IMG/VR virus record: IMGVR_UViG_3300043540_000102
Span: 1-48,975 of that record
DNA length: 48,975 nt
Origin: a virus
Taxonomy: Duplodnaviria; Caudoviricetes
Reading direction: 5' to 3' (one strand)
The translations under genes were made by a program, and so were the position numbers. Numbering within the stretch: position 1 is the stretch's first letter; each line of letters opens with the position of its first letter. The notes under the pieces were generated by a model that was not told the DNA's origin, did no database searches, and saw only the letters and a list, made by a program, of their open reading frames with translations. Shown here in pieces: positions 16,602-25,439 of the stretch.

Positions 16602-17408
16602 CTATTTTCCACGCAGGATCGCGGCGACCCGAAGTGCGGCATAGGCCGCGCCAACCGTCCCGCTCTTGGCCCCGCCGGTGGCGAGGATCGCCCGGCCGTT
16701 CTCCGCCACGAGGCAGGGGGCGGTCGTGACAGCGTAGGGGCGTGCGCCGAGGGTCGGCTGCAGGTCGGTGGCCCCACTCTTCGCCGAGCAGCGCGCCTGC
16801 GACACCGCGAGCCGCTCCGGGGTGATCGACTTCGGGATCAGTGCCGTACCGTCTCCGATCCAGCTGCGGCCGTCGCTCATGTTGAAGGCGACCACCTGCC
16901 GGTAGGGGGCCCATGTGTCGATAACCGGGTTGGGAATCGGTGACCCCCGGAAGGACCAACCGAGCTTCGCAGACACATCGCACGAATAAAGCTCCGGGGA
17001 CCAGATGCCAGCCGCCACGACGATTCGCTTGGCAGTGTAGTCGCCGACTGAGCCGCTTGCCACCACGCGGTCAGGGTACTGGCGGACATCGCTGATGTGG
17101 TCGTTGATGTGCGGCCCCCCGAGAATATCCCCCGGTTCGATGCGTCCGCAAGTCGTCTTGAAGCCGGAAGGGTGGATGGTGAATTCGACAGTGTGGACCT
17201 GATAATACAGCTTGAGAAGGTCCATGCACGGATCGAGGCTACCCCCGAAGTTGGTCAGCCACGACGGCTTGATCACACACCCGGCGGCGCGCGACCCAGC
17301 GGTGGGCTCCTTGTTGTCGATCACGAGCACGCTGTACCCGAGGGCGGTCAGGTGTCGGGCGATCACAGAGCCGAACAGCCCTGCGCCGATAACGATCACG
17401 TCAATCAT
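16602..17408 (-). CDS. FAD-dependent oxidoreductase (DAO/glycine oxidase-like; candidate flavin lyase of DNA hypermodification)
   Basis: VIVIGAGLFG Rossmann motif, GS-x-AAG, VVAAGIWS, GARPY and ATGG-x-K-x-G; start MIDV with an AAGGA RBS. Confidence 0.85.
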   Translation of the reverse strand: MIDVIVIGAGLFGSVIARHLTALGYSVLVIDNKEPTAGSRAAGCVIKPSWLTNFGGSLDPCMDLLKLYYQVHTVEFTIHPSGFKTTCGRIEPGDILGGPHINDHISDVRQYPDRVVASGSVGDYTAKRIVVAAGIWSPELYSCDVSAKLGWSFRGSPIPNPVIDTWAPYRQVVAFNMSDGRSWIGDGTALIPKSITPERLAVSQARCSAKSGATDLQPTLGARPYAVTTAPCLVAENGRAILATGGAKSGTVGAAYAALRVAAILRGK

Positions 17409-17432
17409 GTGGTTTATCCTTGGGTAAGGCGG

Positions 17433-17456
17433 AAAGCCCCGCCGGGTGGCGGGGCT
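17433..17456 (-). terminator. Intrinsic terminator
   Basis: AGCCCCGCC/GGCGGGGCT stem followed by TTT. Confidence 0.55.
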
Positions 17457-17461
17457 CCTGT

Positions 17462-17524
17462 TCAGGCGAGGAAGCGCAGGCGGCGGTGGTGCTCCTTCCG
17501 CTCGATTTCCTCGTATTTGCACAT
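17462..17524 (-). CDS. 20-aa peptide MCKYEEIERKEHHRRLRFLA
   Basis: AAGGAG RBS; ends directly before the terminator. Confidence 0.4.
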   Translation of the reverse strand: MCKYEEIERKEHHRRLRFLA

Positions 17525-17536
17525 GAAAGTGCTCCT

Positions 17537-17803
17537 TCAGGACTGCTGGGTGGGGAGGGTGTGGACGGCGGAGGCGATGGACTGCGCGACCAGCGCCCGC
17601 TCGATGATCTTCTGGTTGGTGGTCTGGCCGACAAGTGCCCAGATGAAGCAACCGATCCATCCAGCACCCGACCAGCCGATGAGAAAATTGATGAGGGCAA
17701 CCCCGGCGGCGTTGTCGTGGCCACGGCCCGCGGCGATGACGGCGGGGAGGAAGTAGAAGAAAATGAAGGTGGCGATGAGGATGAATGCGACGAGAGAGGC
17801 CAT
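17537..17803 (-). CDS. imm: Superinfection immunity protein (T4 Imm-like)
   Basis: 'YFLP-x-x-IA-x-x-R-x-H-x-N...IN-x-x-x-GW...GWI-x-x-x-IWA' pattern. Confidence 0.85.
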   Translation of the reverse strand: MASLVAFILIATFIFFYFLPAVIAAGRGHDNAAGVALINFLIGWSGAGWIGCFIWALVGQTTNQKIIERALVAQSIASAVHTLPTQQS

Positions 17804-17852
17804 GAGAGCGTTCCTTTTTCCGGAGCGGCCCAATCGCCGTTCCAATACAAAG

Positions 17853-17881
17853 GTTCTACCGGAGCCCAATACAGAAGTCAA
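17853..17881 (-). promoter_or_regulatory. Sigma70-like early promoter
   Basis: TTGACT-17 bp-TAGAAC. Confidence 0.6.
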
Positions 17882-17925
17882 GTGGGTTTCGAAAAATAAT
17901 TTCGCCCCCAACCCCGCTTCTTAAT

Positions 17926-18138
17926 TCACCAGCCATTGGACGCCTTCTTCCCCCGGGGAAACGGAATCACGTTAGCCGGGAGTGGAACCCCCGGGGCGGT
18001 GAGGCGCTGAGCGAGGAGCCCAGCCGCGCAGATCAGCTGGACGACCCTGCACGCGAGCAGGCCGATCAGGCTAAGGGCAACCTTCGCGAGGTTGTAAGCC
18101 ATCGCGAGGGCGCAGAGGACAACGAGAAGCTCAATCAC
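17926..18138 (-). CDS. Small membrane protein
   Basis: GTG start overlaps the upstream stop; hydrophobic N-terminal half. Confidence 0.45.
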   Translation of the reverse strand: MIELLVVLCALAMAYNLAKVALSLIGLLACRVVQLICAAGLLAQRLTAPGVPLPANVIPFPRGKKASNGW

Positions 18139-18488
18139 CCGAAAACTCCCGGGCCATAGAGGGTGGTCTGGTACTTGTAGTGTAACTTCCAGAAGTCCAT
18201 GTACAGATCGTGGAGGGGCTTCTCCTTCACGCTGGGCTTGAACTTCGGGTAGTCGATCTTGTTGACCTGATCGGCGAGGAGACCGGCGAGCAGGGTGCGG
18301 GTGATGAATGCCCTGTACGCATAATCCGCGTCCAGCGTCTCGATGATCTCGGGCTTTTTCTTGGCCCAATGCGGGAGCTTCAGGAAAGACTCCAGATGCT
18401 CCTTTTTCCGGGACCGGACCAAGACCTGCTTGGGGTTGTTGCGATCCGCAACGATGGAAAGGAAGGCGTCGTTCAAACAGACCCACAT
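18135..18488 (-). CDS. Conserved phage hypothetical protein
   Basis: MW-x-x-x-x-x-AFLSIV...LVRSR...DY-x-YRA...IDY-x-x-FK pattern. Confidence 0.7.
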   Translation of the reverse strand: MWVCLNDAFLSIVADRNNPKQVLVRSRKKEHLESFLKLPHWAKKKPEIIETLDADYAYRAFITRTLLAGLLADQVNKIDYPKFKPSVKEKPLHDLYMDFWKLHYKYQTTLYGPGVFG

Positions 18489-18489
18489 G

Positions 18490-18837
18490 TCACTTGTCCT
18501 TGAGTTGGAAAATTCCGCTGGGAAGGCGGACGATCAGACCGGCCGCCACGAGCTTGCTGGTGGAGGCGCTGACCGAGTTAGGGCTAAACCCCGCCTGTGA
18601 GAAAGCCGCCTTGAACTTATCCCGGGCCTTCGGCCCATCCGCGAGCATGCTCAGGATCATCTTCGAGCAGGCTTGGTCGGCGAGGTCGCCCATCGAATCG
18701 CGGCCCGCGTATTTGCGGCCACCAAAGACGCGCTTGGGACAGGGGGCACCCTCCTCGCCCGCAGACGGGGTGATCTGGAGCCCGGTGATGGACTTGTGGG
18801 GGATGAGCGCCCCGGTGATCGTTGAGATCATCTCCAT
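18490..18837 (-). CDS. Putative winged-helix protein
   Basis: C-terminal 'SPNSVSASTSKLVAAGLIVRLPSGIFQL'; the true start may be 18872 across a frameshift. Confidence 0.5.
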   Translation of the reverse strand: MEMISTITGALIPHKSITGLQITPSAGEEGAPCPKRVFGGRKYAGRDSMGDLADQACSKMILSMLADGPKARDKFKAAFSQAGFSPNSVSASTSKLVAAGLIVRLPSGIFQLKDK

Positions 18838-18912
18838 GGGGCGTAGAACACGAATTTGTAGAGATGGGCCATGCTGTTCTCCCTTTCTGGGCCTTATTAC
18901 CCATGGGTGTAG

Positions 18913-18941
18913 CCTTTAATGTAACAGGCTTCAGAAGTCAA
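18913..18941 (-). promoter_or_regulatory. Sigma70-like promoter
   Basis: TTGACT-17 bp-TAAAGG. Confidence 0.5.
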
Positions 18942-18958
18942 TCGCATTTTCTGAAGAT

Positions 18959-18987
18959 AAAGAGGCGAGACTCCTGCGAGTCTCGCC
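18959..18987 (-). terminator. Intrinsic terminator
   Basis: GGCGAGACTC/GAGTCTCGCC 10-bp stem followed by TCTTT. Confidence 0.6.
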
Positions 18988-18988
18988 C

Positions 18989-19507
18989 CTACCAAATCGC
19001 CCGGTAAACCGGGGCGCTCCTGGTTGGCCCGATCTGGAGCTTCGAGCCGGTGAATTCGATCCAGACACCATCCGTGTTGAGCTTCGGGGGGAACAGGATC
19101 ATGGCGTCCTTCGAGTTGTAGCGGATGATGGCCGCGAGGTTGACCCGCTCCAGCCAGTCGCGCAGCGACGGGTCCTTGTGCGCCTTAGGGAAGTCCGGGT
19201 CCACCCAGACCTGCACGACGGGCAGAATGGTCGCCTCACCCGAGTCGTTGTTGAGGGTGATCTTGTCCATGACAATGTCGATGACGTAATGGGCGCGGTC
19301 CGGGCGGGGCAGCGGCTGGTCCGTGGCCTTCCAGACGCAGGTCCACCCCCCGCATTCGAACGGGAACCCGGACTTATGATAGATTGAGCAGCCCTTAAAG
19401 GCCCGGACGTGCTCGCAGCGCACGTTTGCCCCCTTGTTAAGGCCCTCGACGGGCAGCAGGCGACAGCACAAAGTGCACTCGCCGCATTGACGGGGGGGCT
19501 TATCCAC
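18989..19507 (-). CDS. Cys-cluster (YkgJ-like) metal-binding protein
   Basis: C-x2-C-x2-CC...C-x-H...C-x-IY...P-x-x-C-x4-C. Confidence 0.7.
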   Translation of the reverse strand: MDKPPRQCGECTLCCRLLPVEGLNKGANVRCEHVRAFKGCSIYHKSGFPFECGGWTCVWKATDQPLPRPDRAHYVIDIVMDKITLNNDSGEATILPVVQVWVDPDFPKAHKDPSLRDWLERVNLAAIIRYNSKDAMILFPPKLNTDGVWIEFTGSKLQIGPTRSAPVYRAIW

Positions 19508-19682
19508 GGTTCCTCTCCTTTTCCAGTTTACGATGCGCGCAAACCAATCGGCCGATGCACGGTCCCTGATAGGGCATTTTCCGGCCGTGCGCCCGAGCGA
19601 GGATCACCCCGATTTCGCGATAGGGGATGCCCTTGCCCAGGAGCGGCTTGATCTCTGAGAACTTAAGCTTCGGCATGCTCAT
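19500..19682 (-). CDS. Small basic hypothetical protein
   Basis: Overlaps its neighbours in the operon. Confidence 0.45.
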   Translation of the reverse strand: MSMPKLKFSEIKPLLGKGIPYREIGVILARAHGRKMPYQGPCIGRLVCAHRKLEKERNRG

Positions 19683-19939
19683 TGGAGCTTCTCCAGAACC
19701 TGCTTGATCAAGAGCTTCCCGGCGTGCTCCGACACTTTGGAGATGCAGAGCTGCGGGTTATCTGTCGTCATGTAGGCGACCATCGACAGAATCCAGCCCA
19801 GCGAGAGTATGATGTCATCGATGTCGAGCACGTCGAAGTTTTCCTTGTACCGGGCGACCGTCTCGTTGATCAGGGCGACCGAGGCCCGTTGGGAGGGGGT
19901 GTAATCCTCCCCCGGCACCAGCTCGTTGAAAATGCTCAT
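19679..19939 (-). CDS. Hypothetical protein
   Basis: ATGA-coupled to the upstream gene. Confidence 0.55.
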   Translation of the reverse strand: MSIFNELVPGEDYTPSQRASVALINETVARYKENFDVLDIDDIILSLGWILSMVAYMTTDNPQLCISKVSEHAGKLLIKQVLEKLQ

Positions 19940-20937
19940 TTCAGCACCTTTGTGTTGTTCTTGTCGATCTGCGGGGCGAGGCTGATGTCGTTGCCCAGCT
20001 CGCGGCCCTTGTGATAGCCGGTGGCGTCGAACTTACTGGCGGCGGTCCTGGCTTTCGATTCCTGACGCTTCCAATAGTTCTCCCACTTCCTGTCTTCAGC
20101 GGCTTCCTGAGCCGCTGTCTTCGGCTTGCCGAGGCGCTTGGCGTCCTCGACGCTGTAGCCGAAGGCGAGGTAGCTGGCGACCGAGGAGGACCAGCCGTCC
20201 GCCATGAACTCGTTGTAGCGGATGGTCCACGCCGCCGAGTCCTGCTCCTGCTTGACCCGGCGGGCCTTCGTGGTCCCCGGAGCCCAGCCGTTGCGGAAGT
20301 CGTTGTTGGCGTCCTCTTCGTCGCGGACATAATCCCCGAGGGTGATGGTGAGAGCGTTGCTCTTCGCTCCACTATTCGTGGAACGAAGTGCAGCGTCCTT
20401 CTCCTTCTGTGCCGCAATCTCCGCTTCGCGCTTCTCCTTGAGTCGCTCCACGAGACGATCCGCGATGCCGACCCGCATGGAGTAGGCGTACTTGGACAGG
20501 CGCTTGCGGTTGTCGGGGATTTCCTCCGCGATCACCCGGTCAATCGCCATGACAAGATATTCATACATGGTCCGGGCGATGGCGACGTTGACCTTCCGTC
20601 CGATGAGGGTGTACCCGGCGAACTTTGCGCGGGTGCCGGTGTAGGTCTGCCGGGGCTGGACGTGAAGGAAGTTGAGGGCGGCGATGCCGACCATGAGGTT
20701 GCGCCGATATTTGTATCCGGTTTTCTCTTCGTGGGTGGCCTTTTCGCGAGCCGTCGAATCGTCTCCCTTGCCGCCCGCCGATTCGACGGCGGCGAGGTCC
20801 AGATTGTACTTTTCGAGAAGCTCCTGCGCCTTACCGGCTGCCGCCAAGGCTTCCGCCTCATTGCCGCGACCGTCGTTGGCCAGCGTCAGCAGCTTCTGGA
20901 TGCGGGCGATGATGGAGAAGAGGACTTGGTCATTCAT
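19936..20937 (-). CDS. DUF2786-domain protein
   Basis: N-terminal 'RIQKLL-x-LA...EA-x-AA-x-x-KAQELL-x-KYNL'; AAGGAG RBS. Confidence 0.8.
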   Translation of the reverse strand: MNDQVLFSIIARIQKLLTLANDGRGNEAEALAAAGKAQELLEKYNLDLAAVESAGGKGDDSTAREKATHEEKTGYKYRRNLMVGIAALNFLHVQPRQTYTGTRAKFAGYTLIGRKVNVAIARTMYEYLVMAIDRVIAEEIPDNRKRLSKYAYSMRVGIADRLVERLKEKREAEIAAQKEKDAALRSTNSGAKSNALTITLGDYVRDEEDANNDFRNGWAPGTTKARRVKQEQDSAAWTIRYNEFMADGWSSSVASYLAFGYSVEDAKRLGKPKTAAQEAAEDRKWENYWKRQESKARTAASKFDATGYHKGRELGNDISLAPQIDKNNTKVLK

Positions 20938-20980
20938 TTCGAAACTCCTTCTGCGGGGACCTAATCGCCACCGTCGCCTT

Positions 20981-21009
20981 CTTATAGCGATCTGTAACCC
21001 AAGCGTCAA
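20981..21009 (-). promoter_or_regulatory. Leftward promoter of the divergent control region
   Basis: TTGACG-17 bp-TATAAG. Confidence 0.65.
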
Positions 21010-21196
21010 GCGAAAAATTACTGAATGCGACGATTTCTGTACCTAGCGTGCGGAAAGAGGCGAAACACTAGGGCTAGGGGCTGCGAAAGATTTTTGAATC
21101 TGGAGTGGAAAAAGGACTCGACGTGTTGGGGGCGTTCGGTATTAGCTCGCGATTCCCGGCGTCATTAGGACGGGGCGAGAGAAAGAGAAATCACCC

Positions 21197-21808
21197 ATGA
21201 ATCAAGACATCCTTTCTGAAATCGAAGGCGACGCAAAGGCTGCTATACCTATCGACCGGCTCACCAGGCTCCGGGCCACGGCCCAGACCCTTCGGACCAA
21301 GCAGCTGGAGCTGGAAGAACTCAACCGGCGGGTCAACGAGACCAAGAGCGAGATCACCAAGCTGGAGAGCCGGGACCTCGTGGACCAGTTCGCCGAGGCC
21401 AAGGTGAAGACCTTTGAGCTGGAGGCTGAGGGAAACTATCCCGCCTGTAAGCTCCAGACCAGGAACATCTTCAGTTCCACCATCCCCAAGGGCGGCGAGG
21501 ATGCGGCTTTCGCCCTGCTCAAGGAGCTGGGTTACGCGGATACAATCAGGAACGTCGTCACCATTGAACTGGAGCCCGACACCCGGGAAGCCATCATGAA
21601 GGTGATTGGCGAGACCGATTCTGATTATACCGAAAAACGAATGGTTTTGCCTCAGACGCTCGGGCGGATTATCCGCGAGCTTTACGAGGCTGACAAGCTT
21701 GCGCCCGCTGCCGATGGCGGGGCAGACCCGATGAAACTCCTCGGGGCATACGTCGGAACGAAGATTGAACTCAAGATCGAGAAAGTAGAGACCAATGGCA
21801 AAAAGTAA
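21197..21808 (+). CDS. Conserved replication-module protein (coiled coil)
   Basis: First gene of the rightward arm, upstream of the SSB-like gene. Confidence 0.6.
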   Translation: MNQDILSEIEGDAKAAIPIDRLTRLRATAQTLRTKQLELEELNRRVNETKSEITKLESRDLVDQFAEAKVKTFELEAEGNYPACKLQTRNIFSSTIPKGGEDAAFALLKELGYADTIRNVVTIELEPDTREAIMKVIGETDSDYTEKRMVLPQTLGRIIRELYEADKLAPAADGGADPMKLLGAYVGTKIELKIEKVETNGKK

Positions 21809-22700
21809 CAACACACTGACGGTGATTGAAGAGCTGAAAAACAACATCGCCGTCCTCGACCCGTCGGTCCTCAGCGAACTGGAGGGGGACGCCGGAAGGG
21901 GCCTGTCCAAGAAGATCGAGGACAATGTCCTTCCACTGGTGAAGTTCCTGCAGAGCAACTCACCGGAATGCGCCAAGCGCACCCCGACCTATGTTGAGGG
22001 AGCCGAGGCGGGCGACTTCCTGTTCAAGAACAGAGAAGTGCCGGTGGTGAAGGGCGAGACCGGCTTCCTGTTTCAGCCGCTCGCCCGCCAGCGCGCCTAC
22101 GTCCAGTGGAAGCCGAATCGCGGCGGCTACGCGGGTCAGCACGCCGACATTCCGCCCGAGGCGAAGGAGCGGATTGACATCAACCCCGAAGATGGCAAGG
22201 AGCGTCGTGTGTTGGGCCTGCCCAACGGTGACTATCTGGAGGAAACGGTGTACTTTTACGGGTGGCTGGAGGACCGCTCGCTCTGGGTGCTTCCGTTCCG
22301 CTCCACCGGCCTGTTGGTCGCGCGCAACTGGATGACGGGTCTCAACAACACCAAGCTTCAGGTCAACGATCCGGCGGGGGTGAAGTACCTTGAACTGCCG
22401 ATCTGGGGGAGCATCTGGCGTGTCTGCACTGAAGTCGCCTCCAACGCAGAGCACACCTGGTTCGTGCCGAAGCCGGTGCGGGTCTCGAAGTTCGGTGATC
22501 CGGGCTTCGGTATCCAGGCCTATCACGAGGCGAAGAAGGCGGCGCTGGAGCTGATCGACCAGCTCGAAAGCGGCGAGAAGGTCGTGGAGGCGATGGCCCT
22601 AGACGACACCCCGGCGCGCTCGAACACGGGCGCAGCGTCCAACCGCCCGGCGAGCAGGGGCGCTCCACAATCGCTCGGGGACACTGATATCCCCTTCTAA
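21795..22700 (+). CDS. Putative single-stranded DNA-binding protein
   Basis: Acidic C-terminus ending DTDIPF; lies before the primase; LQ-x-x-SPE and GA-x-AGD motifs. Confidence 0.6.
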   Translation: MAKSNNTLTVIEELKNNIAVLDPSVLSELEGDAGRGLSKKIEDNVLPLVKFLQSNSPECAKRTPTYVEGAEAGDFLFKNREVPVVKGETGFLFQPLARQRAYVQWKPNRGGYAGQHADIPPEAKERIDINPEDGKERRVLGLPNGDYLEETVYFYGWLEDRSLWVLPFRSTGLLVARNWMTGLNNTKLQVNDPAGVKYLELPIWGSIWRVCTEVASNAEHTWFVPKPVRVSKFGDPGFGIQAYHEAKKAALELIDQLESGEKVVEAMALDDTPARSNTGAASNRPASRGAPQSLGDTDIPF

Positions 22701-22718
22701 TTGTTGGTGAGTCTATCG

Positions 22719-22750
22719 CCCCCGGGTCACGAAAGTACCCCGGGGGTTTT
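22719..22750 (+). terminator. Intrinsic terminator
   Basis: CCCCCGGG/CCCGGGGG stem followed by TTTT. Confidence 0.6.
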
Positions 22751-22777
22751 CCCGTCTCAGCTAATCGAGCGCCAATC

Positions 22778-25225
22778 ATGCCAAAGATAGACCACTCACA
22801 CATTGCCTACGCATCCCGGGGCAAGACGCCAAAGGAAATTGCCCTTCGCTACGCTGAAATGGACTTCAAGGTGTTTCCCTGCTGGGAGATAGTACTAGGT
22901 GGGAAGAAGGCCAAGAGGCCCCGAACGGAAAACGGCCTGCTCGACGCAACCACCGACGTAAAACAGATCGAAGCTTGGTGGAACCGCTGGCCCGGGTCCC
23001 TGATCGGGCTCCCTACGGGGGTTGTGAATGGCATCTACGTTTTAGATGTGGACGCCATCGGAGAACACCGGAATGACGGCCTCAGTGTCATGGCCGCACT
23101 CGAAGTGGAGCATGGGATGCTTGACTCGTTCCGGGTCAAGACGGCTTCGGGTGGCGTTCACGTCTATTATCAGATGATCGACGGGCTCAAAAGCTCCTCC
23201 GGCGGATTCGCCCCGGGCATCGACACGCGCGGCGACGGCGGTTATGTGATTGCCCCAGGGTCTGCCCTGCCAGATGGCCGGGGGTGGGTGATCGAGCACA
23301 ACAACCCCATCAGACCAATCCCGGGTTGGCTGCTCGGGAGGCTCCCGGTGGCGAGGGCAGCGACCTACACCCCGGGGGACTTCGCGACCGGGGAGACGGA
23401 ACCGGGCGCGCGGGCGCTGGCCGCAATCTGCGGAGGGCTCCGGGGCGCGAATGGAGTCAACGAGGCCCAACACCAGTCTCTCTACAAGGCGGCGGCTTCG
23501 GCAGGCAATCTCGTGGCGGCGGGCGATGTGCTATACGATACGGCGTTTGCGGCCCTACTCGAAGCGGCGCAGGCCATGGTGGACCTCGACCCACGCAACC
23601 CTTGGACAGATGCGGAACGAAAGCGCCATCTCAATAATGGTCTGGAGAAGGGGACCAAGGAGCCGGTCCCAGCGCGCCGCTCGCCCGAGGAGAAGAAAGC
23701 CGAGGACGCGGCATGGCGTGCTGCGCAGGAAGAAGCCGACCGGCTGATCAGCGAGCTGAATAAATTGAAGTGGAAGCCTTGGGCTGAGGAGGGGGAGCCC
23801 GAAGTCAGGGAGGCCCGCCGCAAGAAGATGCGGGCAGCCCCGCCGGGGGCTGGTGCGGGTGAAGGCTTCTGCGCCTACTATTCGAACCGTGACAACTTTG
23901 TGTATGTGGCGTCTGAGCACAAGTTTTGTTATCTCCCGAACATGGAACTCTGGTTCAAGGAGGCGGTCAATGGCCGCCTCGCCCCGATTGGGGAGGCGAA
24001 ACCGGCCCAGTGGCTCCAACATCATCGCGCCGTCGTGGGCCTAACCTATGCCCCCGGGGAGCCCCGCTTTATCAGGGGGAAGGTTTACGCGGACGGCCAC
24101 ACGAGAGATGTGCCCGAAGATGCTACCCTGAACACCTATCTCCCCCCGGGGAGGAAGGGTGTGGAGGGCAACGTGAAGCCGTTCCTTGACCATTTAGAGA
24201 AGCTGTACGAGGCGGAGGGCGCGGAGCGGATTTTGCGATGGTTCGCCTTTAAGGTACAGAACCCGGGGGTCAAGATCAACCACGCACTTGTATTCGGCGG
24301 AGAGCCCGGGGTGGGTAAGGACCTGATCCTGTCGTTTCTGCGCGAGGCCATTGGCCCATCGAACTTCAAGGAGGTTGACCCCAAGACGATCCTGGAGAGC
24401 CAGTTTAACGGCTGGGCACAGGGGGTCCTTCTTCGGGTTTCCGAGGCCAAGAACCTCGGGGACACCAACCGCTACAAGCTGCACGAGGCCATGAAGACGC
24501 TGATTACGGCCCCCCCGGAGACCCTCTCGATCAACCACAAGAACATGAAGCCTTATTCGATCCCGAACATCGTTGGTGTGGTCATCACCACGAATTACAA
24601 GGAAGATGGCATTTTCATTGACGATAATGACCGGCGGCATGATTTCCTGTGGTCAGACACCTCAGTGGAGGAGCTTGGAAAGGACTATTTTGTGAAGTTC
24701 CTCGAATGGAGGGACAAGGGCGGCGGGATGGATGCCGTGGTTCACCTGCTGAATACCCTCGATGTGAGCGATTATCGCCCCGGGGCCGCCCCGGTGAGGT
24801 CCGAGGATTTCCATGAGGTCGTGGCGTCGCACAAGTCCTCTGCTCAGCTCGGGCTGATGGACGCGATTGAGAAGCTTGGAAACCCGGATGCTTTTACCAT
24901 GGCTCAGGTTCTTAACGTGGCGAGCGGGGAATTCAAGGATTGGCACGGCGAGAAGAAAAACCTGGCGCAGCTTGGATTCCTCATCAAGAAGGCGGGTTAT
25001 TCAAAGACCCTGAACAAAGAAGAGGTGACCTCCGGAAGATGGAAGATCAACGGGTTTAAGACCTACATTTACGCAAAGACCTCACTGAAGAAAGCCGCGC
25101 GCAGGAAGGCAGCGGAGAGGCTTAAATGGGCCTTGGAGCATACCCCAGCAGCAATCAAGGCGCGCGAAAAAGCGAAGCGGGAAGCGGCGGTGATCGGGAA
25201 TTTTGAGGGCGACGGCTTCCATTAG
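22778..25225 (+). CDS. Bifunctional primase-polymerase fused to an SF3/DUF5906-like P-loop helicase
   Basis: VFPC, DATTD, VLDVD, T-x-SGG-x-H-x-YY and GIDTRGDGGYV Prim-Pol motifs; GEPGVGKD Walker A; TTN and DRR. Confidence 0.9.
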   Translation: MPKIDHSHIAYASRGKTPKEIALRYAEMDFKVFPCWEIVLGGKKAKRPRTENGLLDATTDVKQIEAWWNRWPGSLIGLPTGVVNGIYVLDVDAIGEHRNDGLSVMAALEVEHGMLDSFRVKTASGGVHVYYQMIDGLKSSSGGFAPGIDTRGDGGYVIAPGSALPDGRGWVIEHNNPIRPIPGWLLGRLPVARAATYTPGDFATGETEPGARALAAICGGLRGANGVNEAQHQSLYKAAASAGNLVAAGDVLYDTAFAALLEAAQAMVDLDPRNPWTDAERKRHLNNGLEKGTKEPVPARRSPEEKKAEDAAWRAAQEEADRLISELNKLKWKPWAEEGEPEVREARRKKMRAAPPGAGAGEGFCAYYSNRDNFVYVASEHKFCYLPNMELWFKEAVNGRLAPIGEAKPAQWLQHHRAVVGLTYAPGEPRFIRGKVYADGHTRDVPEDATLNTYLPPGRKGVEGNVKPFLDHLEKLYEAEGAERILRWFAFKVQNPGVKINHALVFGGEPGVGKDLILSFLREAIGPSNFKEVDPKTILESQFNGWAQGVLLRVSEAKNLGDTNRYKLHEAMKTLITAPPETLSINHKNMKPYSIPNIVGVVITTNYKEDGIFIDDNDRRHDFLWSDTSVEELGKDYFVKFLEWRDKGGGMDAVVHLLNTLDVSDYRPGAAPVRSEDFHEVVASHKSSAQLGLMDAIEKLGNPDAFTMAQVLNVASGEFKDWHGEKKNLAQLGFLIKKAGYSKTLNKEEVTSGRWKINGFKTYIYAKTSLKKAARRKAAERLKWALEHTPAAIKAREKAKREAAVIGNFEGDGFH

Positions 25226-25439
25226 GGGGGACACCTCCCCCCGCTTAAACCCAGAACCGACCGACAACCCAAAAGTCCAAAATTAAGACTTGCATTGGGC
25301 TCGAACAACTCTCATTGTGTCTGGGGCAAGATTATGACGAGAACGAAACGAGAATACTGGTGGAAAAAGGGGCCCACTCTAAACCAGGGCCGGAATTCCC
25401 CGGAATCGCCATGGTTTGGTGCCGTCTCGTGCGTAAAAA

